Virus record (IMG/VR): IMGVR_UViG_3300023174_000056
Span: 32,001-96,000 of that record
DNA length: 64,000 nt
Direction: 5' to 3' (one strand)
Source: a virus
Part shown: positions 19,217 to 27,618 of the stretch, piece by piece
How the letters are laid out: the number at the start of each line of letters is the position of its first letter
Numbering within the stretch: position 1 is the stretch's first letter
Translations under genes and position numbers: made by a program
The notes under the pieces: model-generated
Told to the model about the DNA's origin: nothing
Databases searched by the model: none
What the model saw: only the letters and a program-made list of their open reading frames with translations

Positions 19217-19655
19217 TCAAAATTTGTAAGTTCCAATAAATTCATTATCAACAGAATAATAAACCTGCCTGATACCACGCTCCTGCATTAATGCATGACA
19301 CATAGTGCAAGGCTTGCTCATTCTGTCTTCTTTTTTACCCTTAGAAGCTCTTGCAACATACATAATAGCGCCCTTAGTTTGCGAGCGAGGAATGTTAAGA
19401 AGAGCTTTAACCTCTGCGTGATACGTAGAAACACCTTTTTCTTCGGGACGAAACTTTGCACCAACAGAAGAATACTTTTCAGAATTAATACCGAGATTAA
19501 TGACAGCACCGCCCCTAACAAGAACAGCACCATGACGAAAATTACCATAAGTTGAACATTCTGCCATTTTCTTAGCTAACTGAAAGATACCTCCGTACTC
19601 TGTTGCTTGTATCCTTCTTTGCTACAATAATCTCCTGCGGGTCGTCGTTGTCCAT
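19217..19655 (-). CDS. cytidine/dCMP deaminase-family Zn enzyme, expressed via predicted +1 frameshift (join 19655-19584, 19582-19217; about 145 aa)
   Basis: HGAVL, HAE, PCTMC motifs in 19217-19567; promoter and AGGAGG RBS lead to ATG 19655 in a different frame; GGAGG-TAT-CTT-T cassette joins them giving RRYLQLAKKMAECS. Confidence 0.8.
19581..19594 (-). other. prfB-type programmed +1 ribosomal frameshift site
   Basis: CGG AGG TAT CTT TCA versus prfB AGG GGG TAT CTT TGA; internal SD 3 nt before CUU-U. Confidence 0.75.
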
Positions 19656-19661
19656 AAAGTA

Positions 19662-19708
19662 GAACCTCCTAGTGTTCTCATACTACCACTAGGAGGCTCA
19701 GTTGTCAA
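19662..19708 (-). promoter_or_regulatory. sigma70 promoter embedded in SD-sequestering hairpin
   Basis: TTGACA-17-TAGTAT; stem CCTCCTAGTG/CACTAGGAGG with -10 in loop and AGGAGG in 3' arm. Confidence 0.85.
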
Positions 19709-19905
19709 GAGGCACTCGACAGAAGTTTTAAATTCCAAGGATATACATAATTCCTATCTTTTTCATCAAGAATTAATTTGATGTTAACAGTGCCATTATG
19801 TTCGCTTGTTTTATTTATTTTCATTACAAGAGCTATGGTTTTTCTATCGCCATTCCACGTATCAGTATATTCTACTAAGTCTCCAACTTTTGGTTTGTAC
19901 CCCAT
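19705..19905 (-). CDS. small SH3/KOW-like hypothetical protein
   Basis: KPKVGDLVEY...LKLLS pattern. Confidence 0.6.
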   Translation of the reverse strand: MGYKPKVGDLVEYTDTWNGDRKTIALVMKINKTSEHNGTVNIKLILDEKDRNYVYPWNLKLLSSAS

Positions 19906-20354
19906 TGTGCGCTCCTAACTGCATCGTATTCTTTTCTGCAAGGATCGCAAAGAGTTATAATCCAACCTTCATTATTTTGTTTACCTGGATTACCGCAATG
20001 TTCACAAGTGCGGGCCGACATACCTTCAGCCATACTGATTAAGCCATAAATATATTCGTCTGTTGAATTTGTATAAAATCTTAAGCCACCAAATTTTTCT
20101 TTTACTTGTGTTGCTTGAATTACAGGAATAAGATCAGACTCTTTTGCTTTTCCATCTTCGATATCTCTTTGTATCTTCCAATTTAAATTACGGTTATACC
20201 CCATAATTCTGCCGCAAAGAGCATCAATAATATTATACCATCCATCGCCGCATTCAATTCCCCAACACATACAAGTTTGTGACATTGGAAGATCTTTTTG
20301 CACAAATATTTCAGGGTATTTTTCAAATAGTTTTTTCTCTAATTCTTCTTTCAT
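19875..20354 (-). CDS. conserved phage hypothetical protein
   Basis: GDGWY, QVKEKFGGLRFY, CEHCG..G, TLCDPC. Confidence 0.75.
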   Translation of the reverse strand: MKEELEKKLFEKYPEIFVQKDLPMSQTCMCWGIECGDGWYNIIDALCGRIMGYNRNLNWKIQRDIEDGKAKESDLIPVIQATQVKEKFGGLRFYTNSTDEYIYGLISMAEGMSARTCEHCGNPGKQNNEGWIITLCDPCRKEYDAVRSAQWGTNQKLET

Positions 20355-20356
20355 TA

Positions 20357-20629
20357 CTAAAACCTTTCTCTAAGGAATAAAAAGATAACTGTTCCAACGG
20401 TGTAACCAAATCCATTAAAAAATGCAATTTTTAATTTGTTTATCAACCCTTCTTCTTCTACCAATAAGATCATCGGCAACATACTAATAAATGGATAAGT
20501 AAAATTGGCAAGAATTGCAACTGTATAATTGTTATGATTTGCCGACCAAGCACACATCGAAAACCAAAATTCTAAGAGAAGAGATGATACAAATGCAAAT
20601 ATATATTTATGTTTTTTTATAAAATCCAT
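20357..20629 (-). CDS. small membrane protein
   Basis: Three hydrophobic segments in 90 aa. Confidence 0.65.
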   Translation of the reverse strand: MDFIKKHKYIFAFVSSLLLEFWFSMCAWSANHNNYTVAILANFTYPFISMLPMILLVEEEGLINKLKIAFFNGFGYTVGTVIFLFLRERF

Positions 20630-21558
20630 TAATTTTCAATTCCAAATTCTTGGCGCATTTTTAATAGAGCGATATTTTTCATTTTTGCCTCGACATCAAC
20701 ATCGATTATGTTACCACGAATCGCTTCCAGTTGCAAGGGTGGAACATAACGAATCATTTGTGAATGCGCTCGCTTTTGGTTGAACGCAGCATTTTCCATG
20801 CCGATTTCAGTATTTGAGATATGCTGGAGAGGCTTGATACCGCCCCAAGTGTCAATAGTGCTACGAAAAGCATCATCAAATAATAGATCGCCACTACCAA
20901 AGTTATAATGGTGGCTATCAAAAACAATAGGGACATTAGTGCGGCTGCTAATATCGAGTAGCTGGCGGACATTATAGCATTTTTCATCATTTTCAAGTGT
21001 TAATCTTCCCTTGACTGATTCTGGAAGAGTCTGAATTACTTCAACCAACTTTTCAGAACGTTTTGCCTTACCACCATGAATGTTAATTGCATAATAAGGA
21101 GTTCTATCAAAATTCATCATATCAAAAATCCAAGCATGGTATTCCAATTCCTTAATACTGTTCTGGACAACAGAATCTCTGTCGCTGCTGATGACACAAA
21201 ATTGACCTGGATGTGTTGTCACTCTAATATTTGAGGCTTTGAACCGCTTTCCAGCAAGCTGCAAGTCGTTTTTAATTTGTTCATCGTTTCTAGCAATATC
21301 TCCACAGAATTCAAATAGTGGGAACAAGCTACTTGAAATTCGGAAAGATTTGATATTGTGTTCGTTGAGTCGAGGAATGATTTGCAGGATTTCCTTGACG
21401 TTTCCACGATAAGTTGCAAGAATTCTCTCTCTGCTATATTTGCCATTTTTGTATGCGCCTAATTGTAGAGACTTTTCATCAATAATATTTTCACTAAGTA
21501 GCTTGCCGTTTCGATTTGTTCTCTGTTCGATCCACTGACAACACAACCCAAGACTCAT
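20629..21558 (-). CDS. uvsE: UV-damage endonuclease (UVDE)
   Basis: FRISSSLFP, HPGQF, INIHGG, LTLENDE, PIVFDSHH, QHIS, RAHS, VEAK.K. Confidence 0.93.
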   Translation of the reverse strand: MSLGLCCQWIEQRTNRNGKLLSENIIDEKSLQLGAYKNGKYSRERILATYRGNVKEILQIIPRLNEHNIKSFRISSSLFPLFEFCGDIARNDEQIKNDLQLAGKRFKASNIRVTTHPGQFCVISSDRDSVVQNSIKELEYHAWIFDMMNFDRTPYYAINIHGGKAKRSEKLVEVIQTLPESVKGRLTLENDEKCYNVRQLLDISSRTNVPIVFDSHHYNFGSGDLLFDDAFRSTIDTWGGIKPLQHISNTEIGMENAAFNQKRAHSQMIRYVPPLQLEAIRGNIIDVDVEAKMKNIALLKMRQEFGIEN

Positions 21559-21779
21559 TTTAAATCTCCAATTTCATATATTACGCTATCAAGCGCAGCT
21601 TGCCTTGCCTCTTCTATTGTGGAAGCATATCCTTTTTCTTCCACTTTAACGTGCCACCAATACAGTCCATCTTCGGGCCTTGGGCCACCAATGATAATTT
21701 TGATAGGGCCATTGTCGCCAATAATTTTAACTTTCTCTGCGTGTTTAAGATCTAGCGTAGTCCATTCAAGTTTAGACAT
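21555..21779 (-). CDS. hypothetical protein
   Basis: Start moved to MSKLEW (GAGGT RBS). Confidence 0.65.
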   Translation of the reverse strand: MSKLEWTTLDLKHAEKVKIIGDNGPIKIIIGGPRPEDGLYWWHVKVEEKGYASTIEEARQAALDSVIYEIGDLK

Positions 21780-21784
21780 AAAAA

Positions 21785-21827
21785 ACCTCACCCTCTAGAT
21801 AGTAGCAGGGTGAGGTAGAGATGTCAA
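21785..21827 (-). promoter_or_regulatory. sigma70 promoter embedded in SD-sequestering/terminator hairpin
   Basis: TTGACA-17-TACTAT; stem ACCTCACCCT/AGGGTGAGGT then TTTT; GAGGT SD in 3' arm. Confidence 0.85.
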
Positions 21828-21833
21828 GCTCTT

Positions 21834-22967
21834 TTATTCTGCGTGCGCTTCTTCGCTTTCACCTTCTAGGTTATAAAAGGCTTTTGCGTCACCTTCACGA
21901 TTATCAAACTTAACAACAACTTCATTTTCCATCAAATCGTAAACCGTTTTCTGGAACTCTGCGTCTGTTCGCATTAATTCGACCCATTGCTTTTCTTGGA
22001 ACTTCTTTGGTTTACCGCCAACATCTAGTTCATACCAAGCACCGCTTTGCTTAATAAACGGCTTAACGGCTTCAAAGATTGATTCTTCATCTAGAACACC
22101 GATTTGATCGGCCCACATAATACGGAAGAAGCATTCACGTCCTTGTGAACCAAAGCGTGACTTCTCAAGGCGGCATTTAACTTCAGAGCCAACACGATAA
22201 CCACGTTCGTCAACAACATAGGAATCTTTTGCTTTACGACCTGTCAACCAAATACGCAAGCTGTATGAATAAGCTAATGCTTTTCCACCAGGAGTTGAGT
22301 ATTTTTCAGAATCGGTTGCATACTTTGGATTTTGAACTGTTAAGTTTGTTTTTAATTGGTTCAAGATCAATAAGGTTGCTTGTTTGTTAGCAATTGGTTG
22401 AATCAATTTTGACAAACCTTTTGCTAGAATACGTGGTTTGACTGCCATTGATGATTGTGGATCAAAGTCACCTTCCAAATCAGTTTTGCTTGGCGTTAAA
22501 GCCATTGAATCCCAAACAAATAAGAACTTCTCGTCTGTTGTTTTTAGGAGATCTTCAATTGTTTCAAGAACGAATTCAACTGAATCGGCTTGAACATATA
22601 GAAGTTTTTGGATATCACAGCCAGCTTTTTCTAGGAAGTCTGGATCGATAGCGCTTTCGGAGTCAAAGTATACAACCGAAATGCCTTGTTTTTGTGCATT
22701 AGCAGCAATTTGTGCTGCCATATAACTTTTACCAGAACCTTCAAGCCCAGCTAATTCTGTAACTTTGCCAACTGGAATGCCAGCTAGCTTACCACGGCAA
22801 ATAATTGAATCTAGCCAACGTGAGCCTGTTGAAATCCAATCTGTGACTTCGGTTGGATTATCTTCGTGCAAATCAAATGCAACTTCACGACCTAATTTTT
22901 TATTAATCATTGAGCGCATATCTGCGATTGAAACTTTTCCTGCGCCTGTGTTTTCTTTTTTCTTCAT
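21834..22967 (-). CDS. recA: RecA/UvsX recombinase
   Basis: ISTGS..LD, GLEGSGKS, YFDSE, VWDSMA, ILNQL, TPGGKAL. Confidence 0.95.
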   Translation of the reverse strand: MKKKENTGAGKVSIADMRSMINKKLGREVAFDLHEDNPTEVTDWISTGSRWLDSIICRGKLAGIPVGKVTELAGLEGSGKSYMAAQIAANAQKQGISVVYFDSESAIDPDFLEKAGCDIQKLLYVQADSVEFVLETIEDLLKTTDEKFLFVWDSMALTPSKTDLEGDFDPQSSMAVKPRILAKGLSKLIQPIANKQATLLILNQLKTNLTVQNPKYATDSEKYSTPGGKALAYSYSLRIWLTGRKAKDSYVVDERGYRVGSEVKCRLEKSRFGSQGRECFFRIMWADQIGVLDEESIFEAVKPFIKQSGAWYELDVGGKPKKFQEKQWVELMRTDAEFQKTVYDLMENEVVVKFDNREGDAKAFYNLEGESEEAHAE

Positions 22968-22968
22968 G

Positions 22969-23187
22969 TTAGATTACACTCCGTTCTTTTAAGCTTTCTT
23001 CAAAAATGTATAAAATGTTAGCCATAGCTTGGTTTTCATTACTCGATTTTATTGATTTTAAATTTTCTTGCAATTGTGCAAAAGATTTCCAAGCTATTTT
23101 TGTATCATTTCCGTTTTTATTGACGATCCTATCATCAACTAATTTACATTGGTACTTATTTAATAAATTTTCAAAATCTTTATTCAT
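22969..23187 (-). CDS. hypothetical protein
   Basis: 72 aa, AGGAG RBS. Confidence 0.65.
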   Translation of the reverse strand: MNKDFENLLNKYQCKLVDDRIVNKNGNDTKIAWKSFAQLQENLKSIKSSNENQAMANILYIFEESLKERSVI

Positions 23188-23199
23188 TTTATCTCCTAG

Positions 23200-23260
23200 T
23201 AAAAGAGGGACAGGTTTTACCCTGTCCCTCTGTTATACTACTTTACATTTTTAGTGTTAA
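23200..23260 (-). terminator. terminator after ssb with overlapping sigma70-like promoter
   Basis: AGAGGGACAGG-GTAAAA-CCTGTCCCTCT-TTT immediately after TTAACA-17-TATAAC. Confidence 0.7.
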
Positions 23261-24051
23261 GCGTCCATTAATTCATCAAAAGCTGCATCTACTGCATTCT
23301 TTGCGAATGCCTTTGGCGCAGTCTTAGCAACTGTCTTTGCACCAAATTTGGTTGTTTCTTTTGATTCTTTTTCTACTTCCTCTTCGCTATGATCGCCAGC
23401 TAGATATTCATCTAGGATAGCAGCAACCTCTTCAGTTGTTTTACGAGTGTGTAGCTTCTCAAAATCTGGGATCGACTCTAGAAGCTGCTTGCATTCGTCG
23501 CCAGTCCCTTGGCATAGCTTACTTGTCTTAACACGTGCAACAACCTTCGTCATTGGGAAGCTTTGACCTGGGGCTTTGCTTGTGGTCAAAGTTAGATCAC
23601 GGCCTTCTTCTGGGTCTGTAATATCGCCATAATCTGGGTTTAGTACGAGGCCGATTAGCTCTTGATAAACGTTCTTGCCATAACCCCAAACCTTAACGCC
23701 TTCCTTTTCTTCGCCACGAACAACAACTGGTGAGAAGAAGCGTTGACGAGGCAGGAACTTCTTAGCCATCTTGGCTGATTCTTCGTTCTTTTCCTTGTAT
23801 AGCTTGCTTGCAAAATCACAGGCTGGGCATACATCGCCGTGATTCTTTTTTGGGCACAGAAAACCACCTTGGGTGCCTAGCTCATAGTGAAACCAGTATT
23901 CCTTGAATGGATCGCCGTCTGGCGTTGGCACAACACGGACTGAATAAGAATTACCTTCTTTTGGTGAGAAGAAGCTTGTCTTGCTTCCGCTTCCACCCTT
24001 GTTTTGTAGTGCATTAAGCTTGGCTTGCATTTTCTTTACGTCGATACCCAT
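23257..24051 (-). CDS. single-stranded DNA-binding protein, T4 gp32-like
   Basis: VRVVP, HY, CP....CPAC Zn ligands, VWGYGK, DITDPEEGRD, acidic AFDELMDA tail; start moved to MGIDVKK (AAGGAG RBS). Confidence 0.85.
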   Translation of the reverse strand: MGIDVKKMQAKLNALQNKGGSGSKTSFFSPKEGNSYSVRVVPTPDGDPFKEYWFHYELGTQGGFLCPKKNHGDVCPACDFASKLYKEKNEESAKMAKKFLPRQRFFSPVVVRGEEKEGVKVWGYGKNVYQELIGLVLNPDYGDITDPEEGRDLTLTTSKAPGQSFPMTKVVARVKTSKLCQGTGDECKQLLESIPDFEKLHTRKTTEEVAAILDEYLAGDHSEEEVEKESKETTKFGAKTVAKTAPKAFAKNAVDAAFDELMDA

Positions 24052-24099
24052 GTGTATTTCTCCTTTGTCGGGGGCAAATCTTCCCACCGAACTGTTATG

Positions 24100-24128
24100 A
24101 CTCTACCACGGTCTGTGGCGAGAGTAAA
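24100..24128 (-). promoter_or_regulatory. sigma70-type promoter of ssb
   Basis: TTTACT-17-TAGAGT with TG extension. Confidence 0.6.
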
Positions 24129-24129
24129 G

Positions 24130-24363
24130 CTAAAAATTAATATCTTTTTCTACGACCTGACCTACGACGGCATTCCAATTGAAAACACGAAATTCACGTA
24201 GTTCTAAATCATATACTACCTCAGAACCTTGAGATTGTTTAGCAGATTTACCACCTTTTAACGTTTCAGATAAAAATTGTGGTGGCAGATCTTTAAGTTT
24301 TGCAAAAGTCATAGTCCTGACGCTTCCATCTTTCTTCTTAAATGACCCAATATACGCTTTCAT
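24130..24363 (-). CDS. WYL-like/SH3-fold small protein
   Basis: FKKKDGSVRTM...VYDLE..EFRVFN pattern. Confidence 0.65.
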   Translation of the reverse strand: MKAYIGSFKKKDGSVRTMTFAKLKDLPPQFLSETLKGGKSAKQSQGSEVVYDLELREFRVFNWNAVVGQVVEKDINF

Positions 24364-25187
24364 TCTTGAACCTTTCTTGAATAAGCAACCACATAACAGT
24401 AGCTCTGATTCTGTGGCGTGCTATGTATTCTATACGAAATTTTCGTGCTGTCAAGAACTTTTTGACGCATATTTTCTTTTATTACCCTAAATAGTTTTCC
24501 ATTAGATTTTAATTCGCTTTCATTTATTACAAAATAATAGCATTTATCGTCGATAAATTCAAGAGGATATAATAATTTTTCAATATCATTTTCTAAATCA
24601 TAAACTCCAAAAGTCACTATTCTGCTAATTTCTTTTGGAGGCGTTGAATTATCAATAATAGCCTCTTGCGATGAAAGCTTCAGATACCCTGATAAACAGT
24701 TATGTATAACTTTATTTAAAGTCTCATTATATTCCATAATTGGAATATCTCCAACTATATTTTCTATCATTTGATTACTAACTATAAATGTGTTTTTAAA
24801 CACACCAGATCTTGCATATTCTTGAAATACATTAAATGTTAATTTATCTTGCAATTTTCCTGTTGTTGCTAACAACGATGTATCTGGTCTTATATAAGCA
24901 ACATTTAGCTCTTTTCCCTTTAATTCGCTTAAGACCCTCAGAGAACACCCAGAAACCTTCCCAGATCCACCAACAATTAATATAATTTTTTCTGTAACAT
25001 CTGAGAAATATTCAGAAAGATCTGGGGTATTTGCTTCGTACAACTCTGGCGTATTCTGTTTTTTTAAAGAAAAACAATTTTCGCCTTCTATGTCAACATC
25101 TATAAGTTTAACTTTAAATGCAGCGTCTCCTTCAAATTTTTCAGCAACATTGCACCCAGCAGAACCAAGACCAATTATTGTATACAT
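24360..25187 (-). CDS. divergent tubulin/FtsZ-family protein
   Basis: IIGLGSAGCNVA N-terminal GTP-binding loop; VGGSGKVSG in place of GGGTGSG; YIRP, IVSN, LNKVI elements. Confidence 0.7.
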   Translation of the reverse strand: MYTIIGLGSAGCNVAEKFEGDAAFKVKLIDVDIEGENCFSLKKQNTPELYEANTPDLSEYFSDVTEKIILIVGGSGKVSGCSLRVLSELKGKELNVAYIRPDTSLLATTGKLQDKLTFNVFQEYARSGVFKNTFIVSNQMIENIVGDIPIMEYNETLNKVIHNCLSGYLKLSSQEAIIDNSTPPKEISRIVTFGVYDLENDIEKLLYPLEFIDDKCYYFVINESELKSNGKLFRVIKENMRQKVLDSTKISYRIHSTPQNQSYCYVVAYSRKVQE

Positions 25188-26395
25188 TATTCTACCTTAA
25201 GATTTAATTTCTTCATATTACCATAATCACGACCAACTTTAATGTTACAAAGAAATTTACCAAACTGAGTGTTTTGAACAATTTTTGCAATTTCTAGCAA
25301 ATTTTGTTTTTCATCATCAGTAATATCAAGTACAAATTCGTCATGTAATAAAAAAGCAACAAAGCTTTTCTTGTCTGACAAATAATCATCGACTTTAATG
25401 ACTTGCCTGTGGAATAAATCAATAAAAGTTGACTGATTTAAGTATGGGATTGCATGATGATCATCGGCTTCAATTTTTCTACCAAATGGTGTATACACAA
25501 AACCATTTACATAATATAGTGATTTGAGAACTTCTTTTTTGAAGACATTATCAAGATTTTGAGCATATTGCTGGTATGTAGGATTGCTTGAGTTGTATAA
25601 CCACTCGATAACAACCTTCTTTGATTTATCTCTTGATAAACCTCCGATGATATCCCTCCCGATCCATTCATATAAATCTTCCTGTGGCTGAACGCAATTT
25701 AATAATGCTAATGAAGTTCTTAACTCGGCTGCATTTATATCAAATGCAACAAACCAATCGTTATGAGGTTTTAAGGCATATCTAAACTGTTTTTGAAAAC
25801 TTTGAATAGGAAAACTTCCCTTTTTCATAGCCAATCTTCCAGTAACAGCACCAAACAAATTATAATCAATTACTTTACTAACATCTCGCATCTTATGGTA
25901 ATAAGATAGATCTTTTTCATTTAAGATATTTTTCTTTAATGATTCAAGGTCAATATTTAATGGTCGATACTTTATGTCAATAAGTAACTCATTAAATCTG
26001 CGAAAGAAATCATACTGCTCTGGTTTTGGATAAGTGTCAAATACATGTCTAGTAATTTTATTTTTAATGTCACAATATTGCTCCAGAAATTTTTGTGGCG
26101 TTAAATCAAAAAAACAATTTTCTTCTAATGAAACTTTTGCTTCAATAAAAGAAGACATAAAGGCTTTTAACCTAGATCTAATTTCTGTCCATTCATTTTT
26201 TAAATGTTCTGGACAAACTTCGTCAAGTGTTTTGCCTTCACAATATAAGTTTGCATATTGGATTTTTTGCCCTTTTAAATAGGGCGAATAGCTCCAAGAT
26301 GCCGTTAAATTTTCTGGAATTTTATCAAAATGGAGTTTGCCATTCGCATAAACCCCAACGCATTCTTTTTTATCATCTAGTGTCTGGAATAGCAA
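25187..26395 (-). CDS. minimal family-A DNA polymerase-like protein (no exonuclease domains)
   Basis: TGRL, motif A FDINAAELR, motif B R...K......LY, NQST, motif C LLHDEF. Confidence 0.8.
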   Translation of the reverse strand: MLFQTLDDKKECVGVYANGKLHFDKIPENLTASWSYSPYLKGQKIQYANLYCEGKTLDEVCPEHLKNEWTEIRSRLKAFMSSFIEAKVSLEENCFFDLTPQKFLEQYCDIKNKITRHVFDTYPKPEQYDFFRRFNELLIDIKYRPLNIDLESLKKNILNEKDLSYYHKMRDVSKVIDYNLFGAVTGRLAMKKGSFPIQSFQKQFRYALKPHNDWFVAFDINAAELRTSLALLNCVQPQEDLYEWIGRDIIGGLSRDKSKKVVIEWLYNSSNPTYQQYAQNLDNVFKKEVLKSLYYVNGFVYTPFGRKIEADDHHAIPYLNQSTFIDLFHRQVIKVDDYLSDKKSFVAFLLHDEFVLDITDDEKQNLLEIAKIVQNTQFGKFLCNIKVGRDYGNMKKLNLKVE

Positions 26396-26403
26396 GTTTA
26401 CCT

Positions 26404-27612
26404 CTAATATTTTGAAAGTTGCTGGTAGTCAACCTGTGTTTTATTTAATTTTATAAAATTGTTTATAAAATTTTGCGACGACTGGAACTTGTTCTGGTCG
26501 CCCGCTACTACACCATACTTCAAAACATTTTGCATGTCAAGCACCGCTTTATTATAGACTGCTTTATTTAAGGTAATATTTTCTTCAACCAAACGAATGT
26601 CAAAATATAATTTTAACCATTCAAACTCTGAATACTCGTTGCTAACATTTTTTTCGCTAATAAGTTCTCTTTGCTGTTTTTTAATTATTGGAGATTGGCA
26701 ATCATTTATATCAACAATTGTGTCTATGCTTGGTTCATTAATACTATAAAAAGTATAGGAATGATGCAAGAATGATTTTAAAATACTTATATCCGTATAG
26801 AAAGCCTTGTAGAATCTTTTTTCGTATACATCGCTCTCGTCAGACAAGTTATATTTTGATAAATATTTTTGTGCCGCCTCAGAGTTAAAATCAAAGTGTA
26901 TCACCCAAGGTGCGTTCTTGTCAACAAAAAAAGAATGTCTTCTGCATGATTCTAGGAAAAATGGAAAATTATTATCTTTAACATAAATTTCTAGTTTTGA
27001 ATAGTCATCATCATATTGTTGGTTTGATAATGAAATTGAAAAACCAGACATAAAGCTATTAGAAAGATTTGTACCAAGAAATTTTGTTCTGGTCACAAAG
27101 ATCGTGCCTTTTTCTAAATTAATAAAATTAATAAAAGCTTTGACATAATCTTTAAAATTAATTATTTCTTTTTTATTGTAACTTGTTTTAACGTAGTCTA
27201 TTAAATATAAATTAAATTTAGATAGATAATCGCTATATTGTTTATGCACACTTATAAAAGATCTAACAGGAAGTATACCAGAATAAGGGCTACCAGGACT
27301 TCTAAGTTTTTTTGTTGCAACGCCTTTTTTAAAATATACATCTAGTTCGTTATAGGCATCCCTAACAAAATCATGAACAAATAAAAGATTGTTTATTTTT
27401 GGATTTAATTCTTTTAAAAATTTTTCAGATGGAAAGATCGAATTATTTTCTTTATCAATTCTACCAAATAATGGCTTTTCAAAATTTTGATCATAAAGCA
27501 TTCCTTGAAATCTATCTATAAATTTAGGATAAATTTCGTTTTTGAAATTATCTCTTGATAATATTAAATTGTTTGCTTCAAAATCATTTGAATCTTTTAA
27601 AAAAATAGCCAT
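26404..27612 (-). CDS. hypothetical protein at end of baseplate operon
   Basis: 402 aa ORF, no recognisable motif. Confidence 0.7.
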   Translation of the reverse strand: MAIFLKDSNDFEANNLILSRDNFKNEIYPKFIDRFQGMLYDQNFEKPLFGRIDKENNSIFPSEKFLKELNPKINNLLFVHDFVRDAYNELDVYFKKGVATKKLRSPGSPYSGILPVRSFISVHKQYSDYLSKFNLYLIDYVKTSYNKKEIINFKDYVKAFINFINLEKGTIFVTRTKFLGTNLSNSFMSGFSISLSNQQYDDDYSKLEIYVKDNNFPFFLESCRRHSFFVDKNAPWVIHFDFNSEAAQKYLSKYNLSDESDVYEKRFYKAFYTDISILKSFLHHSYTFYSINEPSIDTIVDINDCQSPIIKKQQRELISEKNVSNEYSEFEWLKLYFDIRLVEENITLNKAVYNKAVLDMQNVLKYGVVAGDQNKFQSSQNFINNFIKLNKTQVDYQQLSKY

Positions 27613-27618
27613 TATATT

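Noticed and set aside
19217-19567. Deaminase starting at ATG 19567 as in the ORF track
   Set aside because: Poor RBS, truncates the first helix, and leaves the strong promoter/RBS at 19655 serving only a 27-aa peptide; the frameshift model fits better, though this start is not excluded
24488-24495. ACTATTTA copy inside the tubulin-like gene (another at 1628-1635 overlaps a gene end)
   Set aside because: Within coding sequence; plausible by chance in AT-rich DNA
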